Assembly: GCF_011745625.1 (NCBI RefSeq) | Contig: NW_027191467.1 | Location: 186,001 to 250,000 of the forward strand | DNA length: 64,000 nt | Source: Cladosporium halotolerans | Lineage: Eukaryota | Direction of reading: 5' to 3' | Part shown: positions 22,523 to 35,588 of the stretch, in pieces | How positions within the stretch are numbered: the first letter of the stretch is position 1 | Layout: every line of letters begins with the position of its first letter | The notes under the pieces: model-generated | Seen by the model: only the letters and a program-made list of their open reading frames with translations | Database searches by the model: none | What the model was told of the DNA's origin: nothing | Position numbers and translations under genes: made by a program

Positions 22523-23611
22523 GCTGCATGTAGCGTGATGATAGAGGTATAAATGTTCTCGATTTAGCAGTCTTTCACGGCCGGCACCTGGGATGCGCAT
22601 ATGAAGTGGCTTTTACGGTCACCCAACCAACGATCTTAAATATCGAACCAATGATCAACTACCCGCTAGAGGCAAAGCACAGCCTTGACTGTTCGAATGA
22701 GCCATGCTATTCTTCGAGCATTTGATCTATCGCAAGACTCTCCGCCGGTTATAACCGCGGCATAGGCCGGAAACTTCCTAGGTGAATGCTATGCTGTCAA
22801 TATGCACGTGACACCAAGAACCATCGCTCCCTTCTCTGAAACTTGCGTCTCCGACTTCGACGCGTCTCGAAAATGCAACATGCCAACATGGATCGTTTAA
22901 CAACGCCAAGGCTGACATCCCACTAGCTCCCGCTTAAAGCCAGCCAATGAGTAAGTCCCGCTCAATAAATATATCATCGCGTGAGGATCAAGCTGAGGTT
23001 CGAGTTGTTTCTCACTGGAATGGAAGAACTCCACGCGCATCGTTCCTCGTTGATTGTTCACTCATGGGCCAAGACTGTCATCCCGCTAGCTCCCGCTCAC
23101 ATCCAGCCAATGAGGGAGCATCGTGTCCACAACTGCCTCCGCATCCTTTGAGAGTCTCCCCGAAGACAACCCAACACGATCCCCACGAATGACGACGCCT
23201 TGTGGGCCAGCCCTGCCGGCTTCCGGTCCGAATAACAACTGCACCACCAGCGATGAGCTTCTGTATAGCTTGATCGGCCTTGGCGACGTCGAAGGATTCA
23301 TGCCCGGTTGCCATCGGGCTGGAAGTTAGTTGAGAATAGAAACCGATGTGGAGATACTCGGAAGGGCTGAGGTCACGGAGGCATTCTTCTTTAAGGATCG
23401 GGGTTACACTGCCACTATGTCAGGCTCCGATGATGGGTATAAATCAGACGGTAGGAACGGGTGATATCTAGGTAATAAGCCTCAAAAATCAGAACGCAGA
23501 ATATCACATCAAACTAACAACCATAAGAATCACAATCAATCTGCAGCTTCCATCCAACCACCAAGCCTCCAAACAAACCAACAAGACCACCACAACACAG
23601 CTCACCAAACA

Positions 23612-24511
23612 ATGGCCGTCCCCCCCATCGCCGGCCCCGGCCCCGTCACCGCCGCAGAGCGCGAATTCCACCTCTTCCAAAAATACGGCTCCAACCCCCC
23701 TCCACCCCTCGGCCCTCTCATCCGCCTGCACCCCAAACCCGCCCGCTCCCTCCCCTCTCATCCCCACCTCCCGTCCACGTCTTCTTCCAGCCCCTCGATC
23801 GTCGCCTACCTCGCCGAAGCGCACACTTTCATCACGGAGTTCGTCCCGCGCGCGTTCGAGCGCAAGGGTCCCCGGAACGGAGTGGAAGTGCTGGCGCACA
23901 AGGTGCCGAATGCGGAAGTGCCGTTCGAGAGCAGGCCGGGCGGGAACACGGGGTCTGCGGAGAGTTGGTCTGGGAGGGAGAGTTTGCACGCGAATGGCTG
24001 CCGGGAGGGCGCGGTGGGGTGGAGGGAGGTGGTGAGGGGGTTGTTTGGGGGGGAGTTTGAGGGGGCGGATGTGAGGGATCGCGGGGTCTTGGTTGAGTGG
24101 GAGGAGGGGGTTGGGGTTGAGGGGTGGGAGGAGGTGAGGGCGGGGGTGTGTGAGGTTGTGTATGGGTTGCCGGCGTTGGTGGATGATAGGGTGTTTCCTG
24201 TTTTTGAGGTGAGGGCGAGGAGGGAGGGGGAGGTGGTTGTGTTGAGGGTGCCAGTTGAGGCGGAGGGGTTGCTGGGGGCGAAGTATGTGGGTAAGGATGG
24301 GGTTACCGTCGGGCAGTTGGTGAGTGTTGAGCAAGCGGTGTTGGTCGAGAATGGGGCTAAGGTGCAGTTGCGGAAGGCTGTGGCGGTCGATGCTGGTGGC
24401 AAGCTGCCGTCTTGGGCCCGGGTGGTGGGAAGCAGTGGAGAGCTTGTGAAGGAGGTTGGAGCCTTCGTAGAGTGGGCTGCAAAGGGAAGAGGCGTCAAGA
24501 AGTTGGAGTAG
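23612..24511 (+). CDS. DUF3074 (START-like fold) family protein, divergent
   Basis: ESWSGRESLH...GAVGWREVVRGL and C-terminal AVAVDAGGKLPSW...LVKEVGAFVEW resemble DUF3074 motifs (WFARRSVH; SDAGGxLPxW...KDVxxFxxW). Single ORF after a CA-rich leader. Confidence 0.7.
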   Translation: MAVPPIAGPGPVTAAEREFHLFQKYGSNPPPPLGPLIRLHPKPARSLPSHPHLPSTSSSSPSIVAYLAEAHTFITEFVPRAFERKGPRNGVEVLAHKVPNAEVPFESRPGGNTGSAESWSGRESLHANGCREGAVGWREVVRGLFGGEFEGADVRDRGVLVEWEEGVGVEGWEEVRAGVCEVVYGLPALVDDRVFPVFEVRARREGEVVVLRVPVEAEGLLGAKYVGKDGVTVGQLVSVEQAVLVENGAKVQLRKAVAVDAGGKLPSWARVVGSSGELVKEVGAFVEWAAKGRGVKKLE

Positions 24512-27281
24512 ATCAGCAGTTTTTCCTCGAGTCGGACGCAAATATGGAAACATTTGATTCGCCCAGCATTTAGCGAACATGACCGTCGATCAACTAATCT
24601 CAATACCCAAAATGTTCGATTGATTTTCGAGTTTGCGCATGCTGTCCAACAGGGGATCAAATGGAGCATATGCGGCTAGACGAAAGAGATAAGCCAATGT
24701 TGCTACAGAAGTGGTTGAATGGTGTCCAGAAACCGAACGCGTACAGCCAACTCGGTCTCGTGGACGTGGATATTTCTAACGCGAGTAAGTGATGATCCAG
24801 TCCTGCAATATGACCCATCATTGTCCAGATCTACACCGTTATGACGGCACGGAGCCATCCAAAACCTGAGGCACTCGCTTCAACCTGATCAAGTTCTTGA
24901 TGTCTCAATACTGGTGGCCGTCAAAATCGACTATCAGGACCCTTAAAGACCCAGATCAATGGCGAATGCGGAATCTCCAAACCAATGAACACAGTCCTCG
25001 TTGTGTTCTTCAATACAATATAAGCCACGAAAATCACAAACCCAACCAAGCATTCCTCCGACTTTCCTATAAGAGCGTAGTGGAACATATCAATCTCGTC
25101 CTGAGAACAAAGGCAAAAGTACTAGGTAGGTAAAAGCTCATACAAACTTCCACGCAAAATGACTCGCATTCCTCCCACCGAGACATGCATAAAGCACCCC
25201 AATCCTCGCACAAACCCCCACGCGTCAAACGCCGCAAAGCCATTTCCGTTCCCAGCGCGTGCCTGATCGACGACCAGGATGGCCTCCGGCATGAGCGCCT
25301 ACGCCGCGAAAGGGCGGGAGGAGCGCCGAACGGGCGCTCGGCTCGGCAGGCAGCGCGAAAGCAGAGCCATGGTGCCTTGGGGTGGCGAGACGGACGGGGC
25401 AGCGCGAGACAGGAACAGGAAGGAGGGGGACTGCCGCGGGCGTGCCGGGGCTCGTGCGACGTGGGCTTGGGGGTGGGCTGGCTGGGTGAGGGAGAGGACT
25501 CCATGAGGCGATTGCCTATTTCTGGGTGGAGGGGTGCCTTAGGCGAGGGTGGGATATAGCGCTGCGCGCGAACGTGTTCGCTCAGGGGGTGTTCTAATTG
25601 CGTTCTCTGGGATGGATTACACATTGCGGGCAGGGCGTTTGGCGCTTGGATGGGAAGCTCAGAGGTAAAGGAAAGGAAAGGGAAGGACAGGGTCCTGTTC
25701 AGTGGGGTAAGGTGGTTTGGTCAGGGAATTTTGGAATTTTTGTGTTTGATGGGCGGGCCCGGGGATGCAGGGAGGGCTTGAGATTGCGATCTGCCGATGG
25801 GATGTGTCGGCGGCACGAGGGATGGTGGCGAACTTGGAACCTGCTGAAATGGGACGCCGTGAGGGCCAGGGTCGAAGTGAAATCTTGCGGTGGCGGGAAA
25901 TGCTGCTGAGGAGAAGGTCACGAGAGGCGCGACCGTGCTGGGAGGGTGGATGAATTGGCTCGAGATGGTCCGGGAAGCAAGTGATGGATATTGGCTTCGC
26001 TCCGGCAAGCACCAAGCACCGACGCCCTGCCGAAGGCGTCAATGGGTTATTATGGAGGGCCGGTGGCCGTGCGGGCTGCCCCAAGCCCTCCTCGCCTCGC
26101 ATGACGATGCATTTCATCTAACCGTTGGCGAGCACGGCCTGCGCGCAGCCGGTTCCTGTTCCTGGTGTGCCTGGCAGCCTGGCAGCCTGGCTAGCCGCCG
26201 CCGGCCCCAAGTGGCTGCTCGCCATCGTCGTCTGCATGCTGCCGCGGCCGGCGCTCGCAACGGCGGGGCGGCATCTGCCCTGCCCTGCCCTGCCCTGCCA
26301 GACGGCGCTGAGGTCACGGTGTCGAGCGGCGGTGACAGCGCTCGTCGACGGGCAGGCGACGAGCGCCGCAGAGTGAGACGCTGCGCAAGACGGCGGCGCA
26401 TGGAGAGAGCAGAGGCGCCGACGGCCAATGGCGTGGCCCAGGGACCGACAATCGCACTCCTCCCGGCCAGCACTAACATCTTCCTAAATCGTGACGCTCG
26501 CCCTCACCCTCGCCCTGCTGCTAGTCTCCTATCAGTCCTCAGTGCCCAGGTAGCCCAACCCGCCGCCGAAGCCCACCTCCCAGCGCCCGCACTCGCCTTC
26601 GCACCATCCCCTCCCACCCCTCCTCTCTTCCGCTCGAACCACGACCCTACCACTCTTGCCCTGACCACCTACTACCTACTTTCCTTCGACACCCGGCACC
26701 TCGCCGCAGCCGCTCTCTCGCGCAGCGGCCCGCCAATTCACTGCACCGTACCACTCCTGCGACGCCCCACATCTCTGCTTGCCCGCCCGCCCGCCCTCGG
26801 GGCAGCGACTACCATTTACACTGCACTGCACTGCACCCAACACCGCCGCTCGCCCTTCAGCGGTTTCGACTCGTCGGCGCAGGGTCTGCCGCCGCATACA
26901 TACCAGCCCGGCGCGCTGCCCGTGCCTTGGTCGCCTCGTCTCGCCGGCCACAACACGCTGAAACAGCCGCAGTCCCCTTCCGGCAATTGGCCCCGTCCGC
27001 GCGCGCGGCCTCGCACACGGAGCGACGCAAAGCGACTGCCCATTTGACGTGCAGGATTCACAATCCGGTGTCAGGGAAAGCGCGCTGTCCCCCGTCCTTT
27101 GTGCCACGCGCCTTGAGCACGTCCCGGCAATCGCACGTCCCCTGCGCCCATTCGCGACGGGCGACGAGTTTCGCGCTCCCGTAGCCTCACACATCTGCGA
27201 CGCCCACAACCTGCTCTGTGTCGTGGCAGACCCACGTCCGGCGCGAGGCCTTCAAACCCTCCGGTCTCCGCCCCTGCAGAC

Positions 27282-29688
27282 ATGGCCGTCTCTATGCTTC
27301 ACAACGGCTCGCGAGCCTCCAACTCCTCCGGCGGATCCTCCTTCCATCCGACCGTCACGAGGCAGAACACAATGAGCTCGCACGATGGCTCGCGCTCAAT
27401 GCGCGCCTCCAAGCGCTACTCCGTCACTGCGCTCTACCTGTCCATGAAAGCCAACCACCGCGACCTTGAAATCGAAGACGACCTCGCCCGGGCGCAAAAG
27501 GCATTGCGCGACTTGAAAGCCCAGATTTCGTCTCAGTCAAAGAAGAACTTCGTGTTGGAGAAAGATGTGCGATACTTGGACTCGCGGATAGCACTGCTCG
27601 TGCAGAACCGCATGGCGCTCGAGGAGCAGAACGAGGTTGCGAGCCACCTCGACGACTCGACAGACCTCTCGGAAGGCTCGTTTCCGAACGACGAAAAGAC
27701 CCAGAAGTACGGCAACTTGCTCTTCCTCCTGCAGACGGAGCCCCGACATATTGCGCATCTTTGCAGACTGGTCACCATGGCCGAGATTGATGCGCTGCTT
27801 CAGACTGTCATGTTCACGCTATACGGAAACCAGTACGAGAGCCGAGAAGAGCATCTACTGTTGACCATGTTTCAAGTAAGTATCTCAGTCGAGTGTCTGA
27901 AATGCGACAAGAACTAACGTTTCGCAGTCTGTTTTGACATATCAATTCGACACCACATCCGATTACTCCTCGCTCTTGCGAGCAAACACCCCTGTTTCAC
28001 GAATGATGACCACCTACACGCGACGCGGACCTGGACAGAGCTACCTTAAGACAGTGCTTGCAAACCGCATCAACTCGTTGATCGAGATTAGAGATCTCGA
28101 TCTCGAAATCAATCCGCTGAAGGTATACGAGACGATGGTTTCCAAGATTGAGGCTAGTGGCGAGCCGCTTCCGCCTGGGCTCTCGCGAGGCGTCACCGCT
28201 GAGGAAGCAGCGGAGAACGAGAGCGTACAAAAGATTATTGCGCCGAGGCTGGACATGCTTGTGGAGATCGCCAACTCGTTCCTGGACACAATCATTGAGG
28301 GTCTGGAAGAGACGCCGTACGGAATCAGGTGGATTTGCAAGCAGATTCGCAGCCTTACGCGCAGAAAGTACCCCGATGCTTCGGAGCAGAGCGTCTGTAC
28401 GCTCATTGGAGGTTTCTTCTTCTTGCGCTTCATCAACCCGGCAATCGTCACCCCACGCTCCTACATGCTCATCGAGCAAATTCCGGCGGAGAACCCAAAG
28501 CGCACCCTCACCTACGTCGCGAAGATGCTGCAGAACTTGGCCAACAAGCCCAGCTATGCCAAGGAGCCCTACATGGTGAAGCTGCAGCCTTTTATTGAGT
28601 CGAACAAGGAGCGGATCAACAAGTTCATGATGGATCTTTGCGAGGTCCAAGATTTCTACGAGACCTTGGAGATGGACAACTACGTCGCGCTCTCGAAGCG
28701 TGACCTCGAGCTCTCAATCACTCTGAATGAGGTCTACTCGACCCACTCACTATTGGAAAAGCATGCGTCTGAGCTTGCGAAGAGTGAAAGCAACCACTTG
28801 AGCCAGCTTCTCGCTGAGCTGGGACCGGCACCTGCGCAATTACCTCGACGAGAGAACCGTGCTATCACATTGCCACTTTACAGCAAGTGGGAGACACCCA
28901 TTGATGATCTCACATCCGCCCTCGATATCACGCAAGAAGAGGTGTTCTTCATGGAAGCCAAAGCGACTTTCGTGACCATCCTCCGTACGCTTCCTGCCAA
29001 CTCTCCCATCACACGCCGGCCACTGCGCCTCGACCGCGTAGCCGAAGCCGCAGGAACCACCAAAAACGACTCCGTCATGGTCCGCAAGGGCATCCGCGCC
29101 ATGGAACTCCTCAACCAGCTCCAAGAAATCGGCATCCTCGACAAAGAAGACAACTTTGCCCTTCTCCGCGACGAAGTCGAGCAGGAGCTCGTGCACCTTG
29201 GCTCCCTCAAAGACAAAGTCCTCACCGAGACCGGCAAGCTCGAGGAAGTCTTCAAGACGATCCAGGAGCACAACAACTACCTCAACAGCCAGCTGGAGAC
29301 GTACAAGAGCTACCTGCACAACGTGCGCGGGCAGAGCGAGGGCAGCGCGTCCAAGCGCTCCGCCCAGAACCAGAAGGTCCTCGGGCCCTACAAGTTCACC
29401 CACCAGGACCTCGAGCGCCAGGGCGTCATCCAGAAGTCCAACGTGCCCGAGAATCGCCGCGCGAACATCTACTTCAACATCACCTCGCCCTCCCCGGGCA
29501 CGTTCGTCATCAGCCTGCACTACAAGGGCCGTAACAGGGGCCTTCTGGAGCTGGACCTGAAGCTCGACGATCTGCTCGAGATGCAGAAGGAGGGGCAGGA
29601 GGATCTCGATCTGGAGTACGTGCAGTTCAACGTCACGAAGGTTCTGGCGCTGCTCAACAAGCGCTTTGCGAGGAAGAGGGGCTGGTAA
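27282..29688 (+). CDS. gapA: Ras GTPase-activating protein (GapA/Gap1-Sar1 type, RasGAP + RasGAP_C); exons 27282-27875, 27928-29688
   Basis: N-terminal coiled coil, [21 protein letters not shown] and the RasGAP signature [14 protein letters not shown]...AKMLQNLAN. Intron at 27876-27927. Confidence 0.93.
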
Positions 29689-30883
29689 GCGGCCACATTG
29701 GAGCGCAGGAGGGAATCAGACGCTGGAGTCCGGAGTAATGTTTTGTTTTTCGAGCAAGCCGGAACCCGTCTGCCTGGCGCTCACGAGCCCAGCCCAACCG
29801 CCCTACAACACATACACAACAATCGCCCGCGATCCGACTAATATGACTACGATCTTTGGAAGGCATATTTGCGCTGAGGAAAGGGGAGTCGAAGAAGATT
29901 AGAGACGGATCGAACAAAGAGATCGAAGAAGGGGACGCGGTGCAGGCGGACCTCCCTAATGTATTAGTACGACACACACGACTACTGTCAAACTCGACGA
30001 GAGCGAGAAGGCGCAGGAGAATGGAAGCAAGAGGGAACGAGAAGAAGAAAACCAAGAAGAGCTCTCGGTCCTCAGTTCGACGACGGACGCGGCCGCGGAG
30101 ACGAGACGAAGAGAGGCTGGGTTTTCACCCAACCAGCGTAAAGTTGCGACTCCCTTTATTTGCTTGAGATACCCGGCAGAGGGAATGATGGCGTGAATGG
30201 CGTTTTCTTTTCCTCCTTTTGCTTACTGTTTTGGAGGGTTTTGCGGGCGGATTTGCTTGCTTGGTGGGTCTCGAGGGACTTTTGCTGATCTGATGCGAAC
30301 CGGATGGATGGACGATGGGAGGGAGAGAGAAACTCGTGTACGATTAGATGGCTTTTTTATTTATTTATTTATTTGATTTTCTATTTGATCTCATCCGTGT
30401 TCTCAAAATTCTCGGTGCAAGCCACTCGCTATCGTACTACCTTCCATCCGTCCCGTATCTCGTCTCATCATCAGATGCTCCAGGCAGATAAGCCAACAGC
30501 GCAACAGCGCCCTCCCGCTGCAGACCGACTCAACCCCGTAACCTCAGCCGCACCAGCGCCGCCGATCTGCACTCTGCAAGGTCCCTTTCTCCTCCTCGCC
30601 TGGCCTTGTTTCACTTTCACAGGCGGCCTGCTTTCCCCGCCTTTGGCTTGCGTGTAAGGTACCTTGCCGTATGCTTCCCGCTACCGCTCTTCTGGCCTGC
30701 AGCATGGCGGCTGCAGCCGGAGCGGGCGGTATCGTCATGGGTGCACCGGTGGTGTTGTCATGCCGTGCGTGCGTGACTGGCCTCGCCTCGACCGGCACGT
30801 GCGGGATGCGTGACTGTGGAACTGGCACTGGGAAGGGAGCTGGGTGTGTTGTCTTGTTGACTTCAGCCTGCTTCTGCTTCTGA

Positions 30884-30909
30884 GTTGGATTGGATTGGAT
30901 TGTATTGAT
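30884..30909. repeat. (TTGGA)n-type microsatellite
   Basis: ttggattggattggattgtattgat, upstream of the 31100 gene. Confidence 0.6.
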
Positions 30910-31099
30910 CGACTCATCGTTGAGGAGTGACTCTGCTCGTCGCATCTCCCATCCATCTATCCGTCTATCTACTGTATCTTGACCGTAGATCTGCACTGCG
31001 CTATCTACCCTACCGCCACCGCCACTGTTGCTCGTTCCATCTCTCTCAACGCTTTAAAGCACACCTCTAGCTCTCTCTCGAAGAGCAGGACGCCCAGCA

Positions 31100-31754
31100 A
31101 TGTCCTCCTCGATCCCCATCCCCACCGCCCGAAACCCCGCCCACCGCTCCGCAGCCGCCTACTCGCCCAGCTCCAGCTCGAGCTACGCCTCGTCTTCCGC
31201 TTCGCTGTCCGACAGCCCTGTTGGGAAAGGAAAGGGCAAAGGCAAAGAGAGGGAGATAGACGTGTCGGCGGCGCCGCAGCCGAGGAGGCAGAGCTTGCTA
31301 GGTATGTGACTGAAGAGCTTTGGAAGCGGAGAGACAGGGATTGGATTGCTGATGTCTGCGATGCATGTAGGGAGCTCGCTGAGCAAGTCGGAGCACACGG
31401 TTGTGGATTTGGGGGCTGGCGGGGGGATGCCGAGGTTGGTGAGTCTTGTCGCGATCGTGGGAAGAGCGTTGCGTTTGGGATGGCGATGTGCTGATGGTTA
31501 TGTGCAGGTGAGCTGCGTCAAGTCTTCGCAGGGCTTTGATTGGAATCAAGGTGGGTTTGGCCCCTTTCTCGCCCACGCTTAACGTGCGACTTGTTTAAGG
31601 TAGTCGTCCGAGATTGCTGACTCCCGTGGCGCGGACAGAGCTCTTCCTCCCCTCTTACGCCGATTACGAGTCGCAGGACCTCGAGCGCAAGCAGGATCCC
31701 GTCCAGGATATCATTTTGACTGATGAGGAGGTTGCGGCTATGTTTCCTCAGTGA
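31100..31754 (+). CDS. Small fungal hypothetical protein; exons 31100-31301, 31371-31438, 31508-31550, 31639-31754
   Basis: Three canonical introns give a continuous product: ...RRQSLLGSSLSKSEHTVVDL...VSCVKSSQGFDWNQELFLPSYADY...DPVQDIILTDEEVAAMFPQ*. Confidence 0.85.
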
Positions 31755-32399
31755 GGGGCTTGCGGAGGGCTACTTCCGCATGGCGCTTGGCGCGATTTTG
31801 GATTGGGAATAGATATGAGGGCATGGTTCGGATGGGGCGCTGGAACGGGATGAATATTTTTGGAGCTTGGGCTGGGCTTGGTCGTTTGGGCGTAGGTATG
31901 TTTCCATGGGTTTGAGCGATGGCCGCTTCCGGACGAGGCGTCCTTTTCGCTGTTGTTAGGGAGTTTGATTCTGTTGGTTTATTGATATTTGAGTACTACA
32001 TATTGCCAGCTAGCATGTCTGCATACCATCGTTTGAGTAAATCACCAATGCTTCTGTAGACTATTCTGTTCTGCTGATGGCATTCGTATCATGGCATTGT
32101 CTCTTTTCGGCTGCAATGAGCTGACATCGTGACATCTGACTCGGATCGCGAACACCAATCTACATTCGCGATCAACAGAGGACAAGCCATCGCAGTTGTC
32201 AATAGCTTCAATCCATCCCATCCTCGTCCAATCCTCACCTCGGCTGGCACTGCCAGCCGGCCAGCCCACGCCTCGCCTCGCTTCCCCACACCAAGCCCGC
32301 CGATCTCCCGCCCTGCATGCAGCACTGTTTACATCTCCAATCCTCCCCCTCCACTCGCACTCCCAGAGCGCAACAGACCCCGAATCCAAACCGCCAACA

Positions 32400-33165
32400 A
32401 TGGCCGCCCCCACAATCTTCGACCACGACGCCCCCGCCGCTCCCGGCACCCGCGCCACCGCAACCTCCGCGCACCGCAAAATCGAACTCCAATCCCCCGC
32501 CGACCTCACCTACCTGGTCTCGAACGTCTCACGCGCCGCCCGCGCCAAAATCGACACCCACCTGCCGCCCGACGCGGCGCCCGAGAGCGGCGAAGACGCT
32601 TTGAGGAGGCGCGTCGAGGCGCTGGTGGAAGAGTATATCCGGCGGACGTTTGAGGGCGCGCGCGAGGGGATAAGCGTTAATGGCATGGGGGTTGGGGAGA
32701 TGGAGGAGGTGCTGGGGAGGGTGGGGGAGGGAGAGGGTGAGTTTCGTGCTGTTGTGAGGGTAGGTTGGGAGAATATGTGCTGACCGACGAGCAGAAATCG
32801 AGCCTTTCGACGCGAGGCTGGCGCAGCGCGTGCAGGCGCTTTCCGCGCAGATAGAGGCGCAGACGCTGCAGCTTGCGAGTCTGAGGCGGGACGCGCCGGG
32901 CGCGACGGCGAGGAAGTTTGAGGAGGATTTCGCGCGGCGGAGCGAGGAGGATGCTGCGAGGGTGAGAGAGCAGGCGGAGATGGATGCAAGGGCGGCGAAG
33001 GAGGTGAAGCTGGATCTTGGGGAGGTGGAGAGGTTGGGAGAGATGCAAGGGACGTGGCAGAGGGGAACGGAAGAGTTGGAGGAGCTGAAGGGGAGGGTTG
33101 GCGGGACGGTGGCGAGGATGGAGAGGGCTAAGAGGGCGGTGGAATTTGTGGAGGATGGAGAGTGA
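32400..33165 (+). CDS. nsl1: Kinetochore MIND/Mis12 complex subunit Nsl1 (Mis14); exons 32400-32736, 32795-33165
   Basis: HRKIELQSPADLTYL...KIDTHLPP and EPFDARLAQRV...ASLRRDAP match Mis14-family patterns. Intron at 32737-32794. Confidence 0.88.
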
Positions 33166-34050
33166 GAGATGGTTTTGTTGAGGAGGGAGGGTGGATTACT
33201 GTTTGTTTGGCGTTACGGGCGTCTATTATGCGCATGATACCCCGACGGTTCGATATGTGGCCAAATGGACTGGGAATATTGAATTCATTACGACACTTTA
33301 CGCCATGCTATGCCCGGGTCGCAAAACTGACAGCAGAAGAACATGCGGTCTTCGCTATGGGACATGGGAATTCCGGCATCCCAAGGGCGTATTTTTAGTT
33401 TTCTACTTTGGCGTTCGTGAGGATGAACATACCATATGCATAGAACGCGATGGGATGTGCGCTCAGAAGCGCTCGGAAAACCAAGCAAATGCGTTACTTT
33501 CAAAACGTAGGAGTTCTGTGGCTCAGGCCGCCGTAGATATGCACCATTGCTCTGATACCGAGCATGCCGACACTAGCCAGTGTTCAAGGACGCGCACTGG
33601 TTTGCTATACATGGTAGGAATGTGTGGAATGCCATACCTGGATATAGCCGTCGAATTCACTGCGACTCGTTCAACGTGCCTCAAGCCCTTACAACCACGC
33701 CACGCGAGCCTGCAAACACTGTCGAACATAGCGTCAAATGCGATTTCTCCAGAAACGCAAGATTCACACCGCAGCCAAGTTTACGGGTTGAGTGTCGGCT
33801 ACGCTTGGGCGTGAAGGGCTTGCAACGCGATAATGATTCAGTTGCGATCTTGAGCGAAACATCAGGCCAACACCCCCGATATGGACGGCTGGTATACGCA
33901 TCGCAACATTCCCCTACAATCGGACGGCCACGATCATGGAGTAGCCCGAACTCTAAATGCGTGCGCCGGAGTCGACTGCGGTCCAGTTGGACTTGTGACG
34001 TCGTTCCATCGGCGTTGCAGCGCGTGGCTCCGCCCCTGCGCTCTCCAGGG

Positions 34051-34310
34051 TCTCGATGATCGGTCGCCCATCTCTCGATTTCGTGGCTCGCGATTCGTGA
34101 ATCGGTCGATAAGCAGCGAATTTCGTGAACTCTGACGTAGGAGTCTAATCAGCGATTGACGCAGGTGACGCAGAGTGCTATGAGATCTTGTCGCGTTTCA
34201 CGATGCGAGTCGATGCGACGGCTACAAGCGCTGGTGACAGACACGGGCGTGCCAGAAGCTGACGTAGAACGGCTGCAGGTATGTGGCGATCTACGTGCGT
34301 CTGCGATGCG
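34051..34310. promoter_or_regulatory. Candidate WCC-binding clock box / light-response element cluster upstream of frq
   Basis: 11 CGAT/ATCG words in ~260 bp, including the tandem CGATGCGA repeats at 34201-34218. About 1.3-1.5 kb upstream of the frq ATG. Confidence 0.45.
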
Positions 34311-35588
34311 CCTGTACAGCGGCACGCAGGTCAGCATAATGATGCATCAAAGGCTGAGCTGCGTATTGCCGGAGATTGCTGTGTATAGGCAGCCTGACGA
34401 GAAGTCAGATTGCCAGACCAGCAGTCCGAGATAGCATCAGACTGCAGACGTCGAGCTGTCAGCATTATTGCATGGAACCCTCTTGTGGCTGCGCCGGTGT
34501 TGCTGGATGACTGCAACAACACCCTCCCGATGATGCCGGAGTATACTCCGTTCGCCACCTACCAGATCGATCGGCAGTGCCCGACGATGAAGCCCAGGAA
34601 ACACAGGATGAACTGGCATTCTGTGTATAATTCGTCCCGTAGCGGTGATCGATTGATTCTCCGGGCGGTATGGGCGTTTAGGCGTCCACAATGGGCTGAT
34701 CGACGATGGACAGTCTCGCGAGCGGCCAAGCGGGCGAGTTAGGAAGAACAAGCCTTCAGGGTCTACCTTGCATCGAGATGCAGGCCGCAATCGCGCTCTC
34801 AATCAACGATTTAGACGGGCGCATCTGCGATTGGAGCAGCAAGGGACTGGAGGCATGTAGGCGCGGCTGACGTGGTGACGCTGGCCGTGTGTAGAACGGT
34901 GATACTGGCCAGGTCGCAACAGCAACGAGTGTGTGTTGGGCGGCATATTGGAAGGCCCCAGACAACCAGGCGTGCGCATTTGTACAGTGCAGCGATGGCC
35001 GTTGTACAGTAGAAGTGGCGAGTAGAGGGCGGTGGTTCGGGCGAGGCATCCGAGAGGGCTGACGAGCGGCGGGGCGTCGGCCGATTGGCCGCGCCTGCCA
35101 CGATCTTCGGACCTCACACTCGCTCGCTCACGATCGAGAGCCCAGCGAGCCCAGGCCGTGTCGCCCACGCGCGCCGCTGGCAGTGCTCGCGGGCCTGCCG
35201 ATGTCTGGTCGTGCTGTGCTGCGCCGGCCGCCTGCATCGAGATATGCGCTGTAATCCACAGATCCTCGCGACCATCGCCGGCCTCTGCATCACCGATGTG
35301 TCCTAGACTCTCGCGCACCTGCCATCAGGCCCTTTTGCCTCGTTGCACCTTGCGCCGCCCTTGACTCCATCCTCCACGCTGCGCGCTGCACATTTCGCAC
35401 TGCACACTCTGCTCCGAAGACACGCTTGCGCTCACACCGGCTCTACGCATTTCTCTCGACCACCGATCAGCACCTTCAATCCGACCGCGACAAAACACCC
35501 AGCACTGCACTTGCTGACTGTGGCTCACATGGATGCCCCACGCCGTCAGCCCGCCTCGCCCGACAGCTAGATTTGTTCTGCGCTCAAA

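Noticed and set aside
25890..27047. 385-aa + strand ORF upstream of the RasGAP
   Set aside because: Low-complexity A/R/P-rich translation with no domain. It spans a GC-rich promoter/5' leader with microsatellite-like runs, where stops are rare by composition.
33191..35570. Multiple 60-200 aa ORFs upstream of frq
   Set aside because: No coding-like codon bias or domains; interpreted as promoter and 5' leader. Only the two AUGs next to the frq start are reported.
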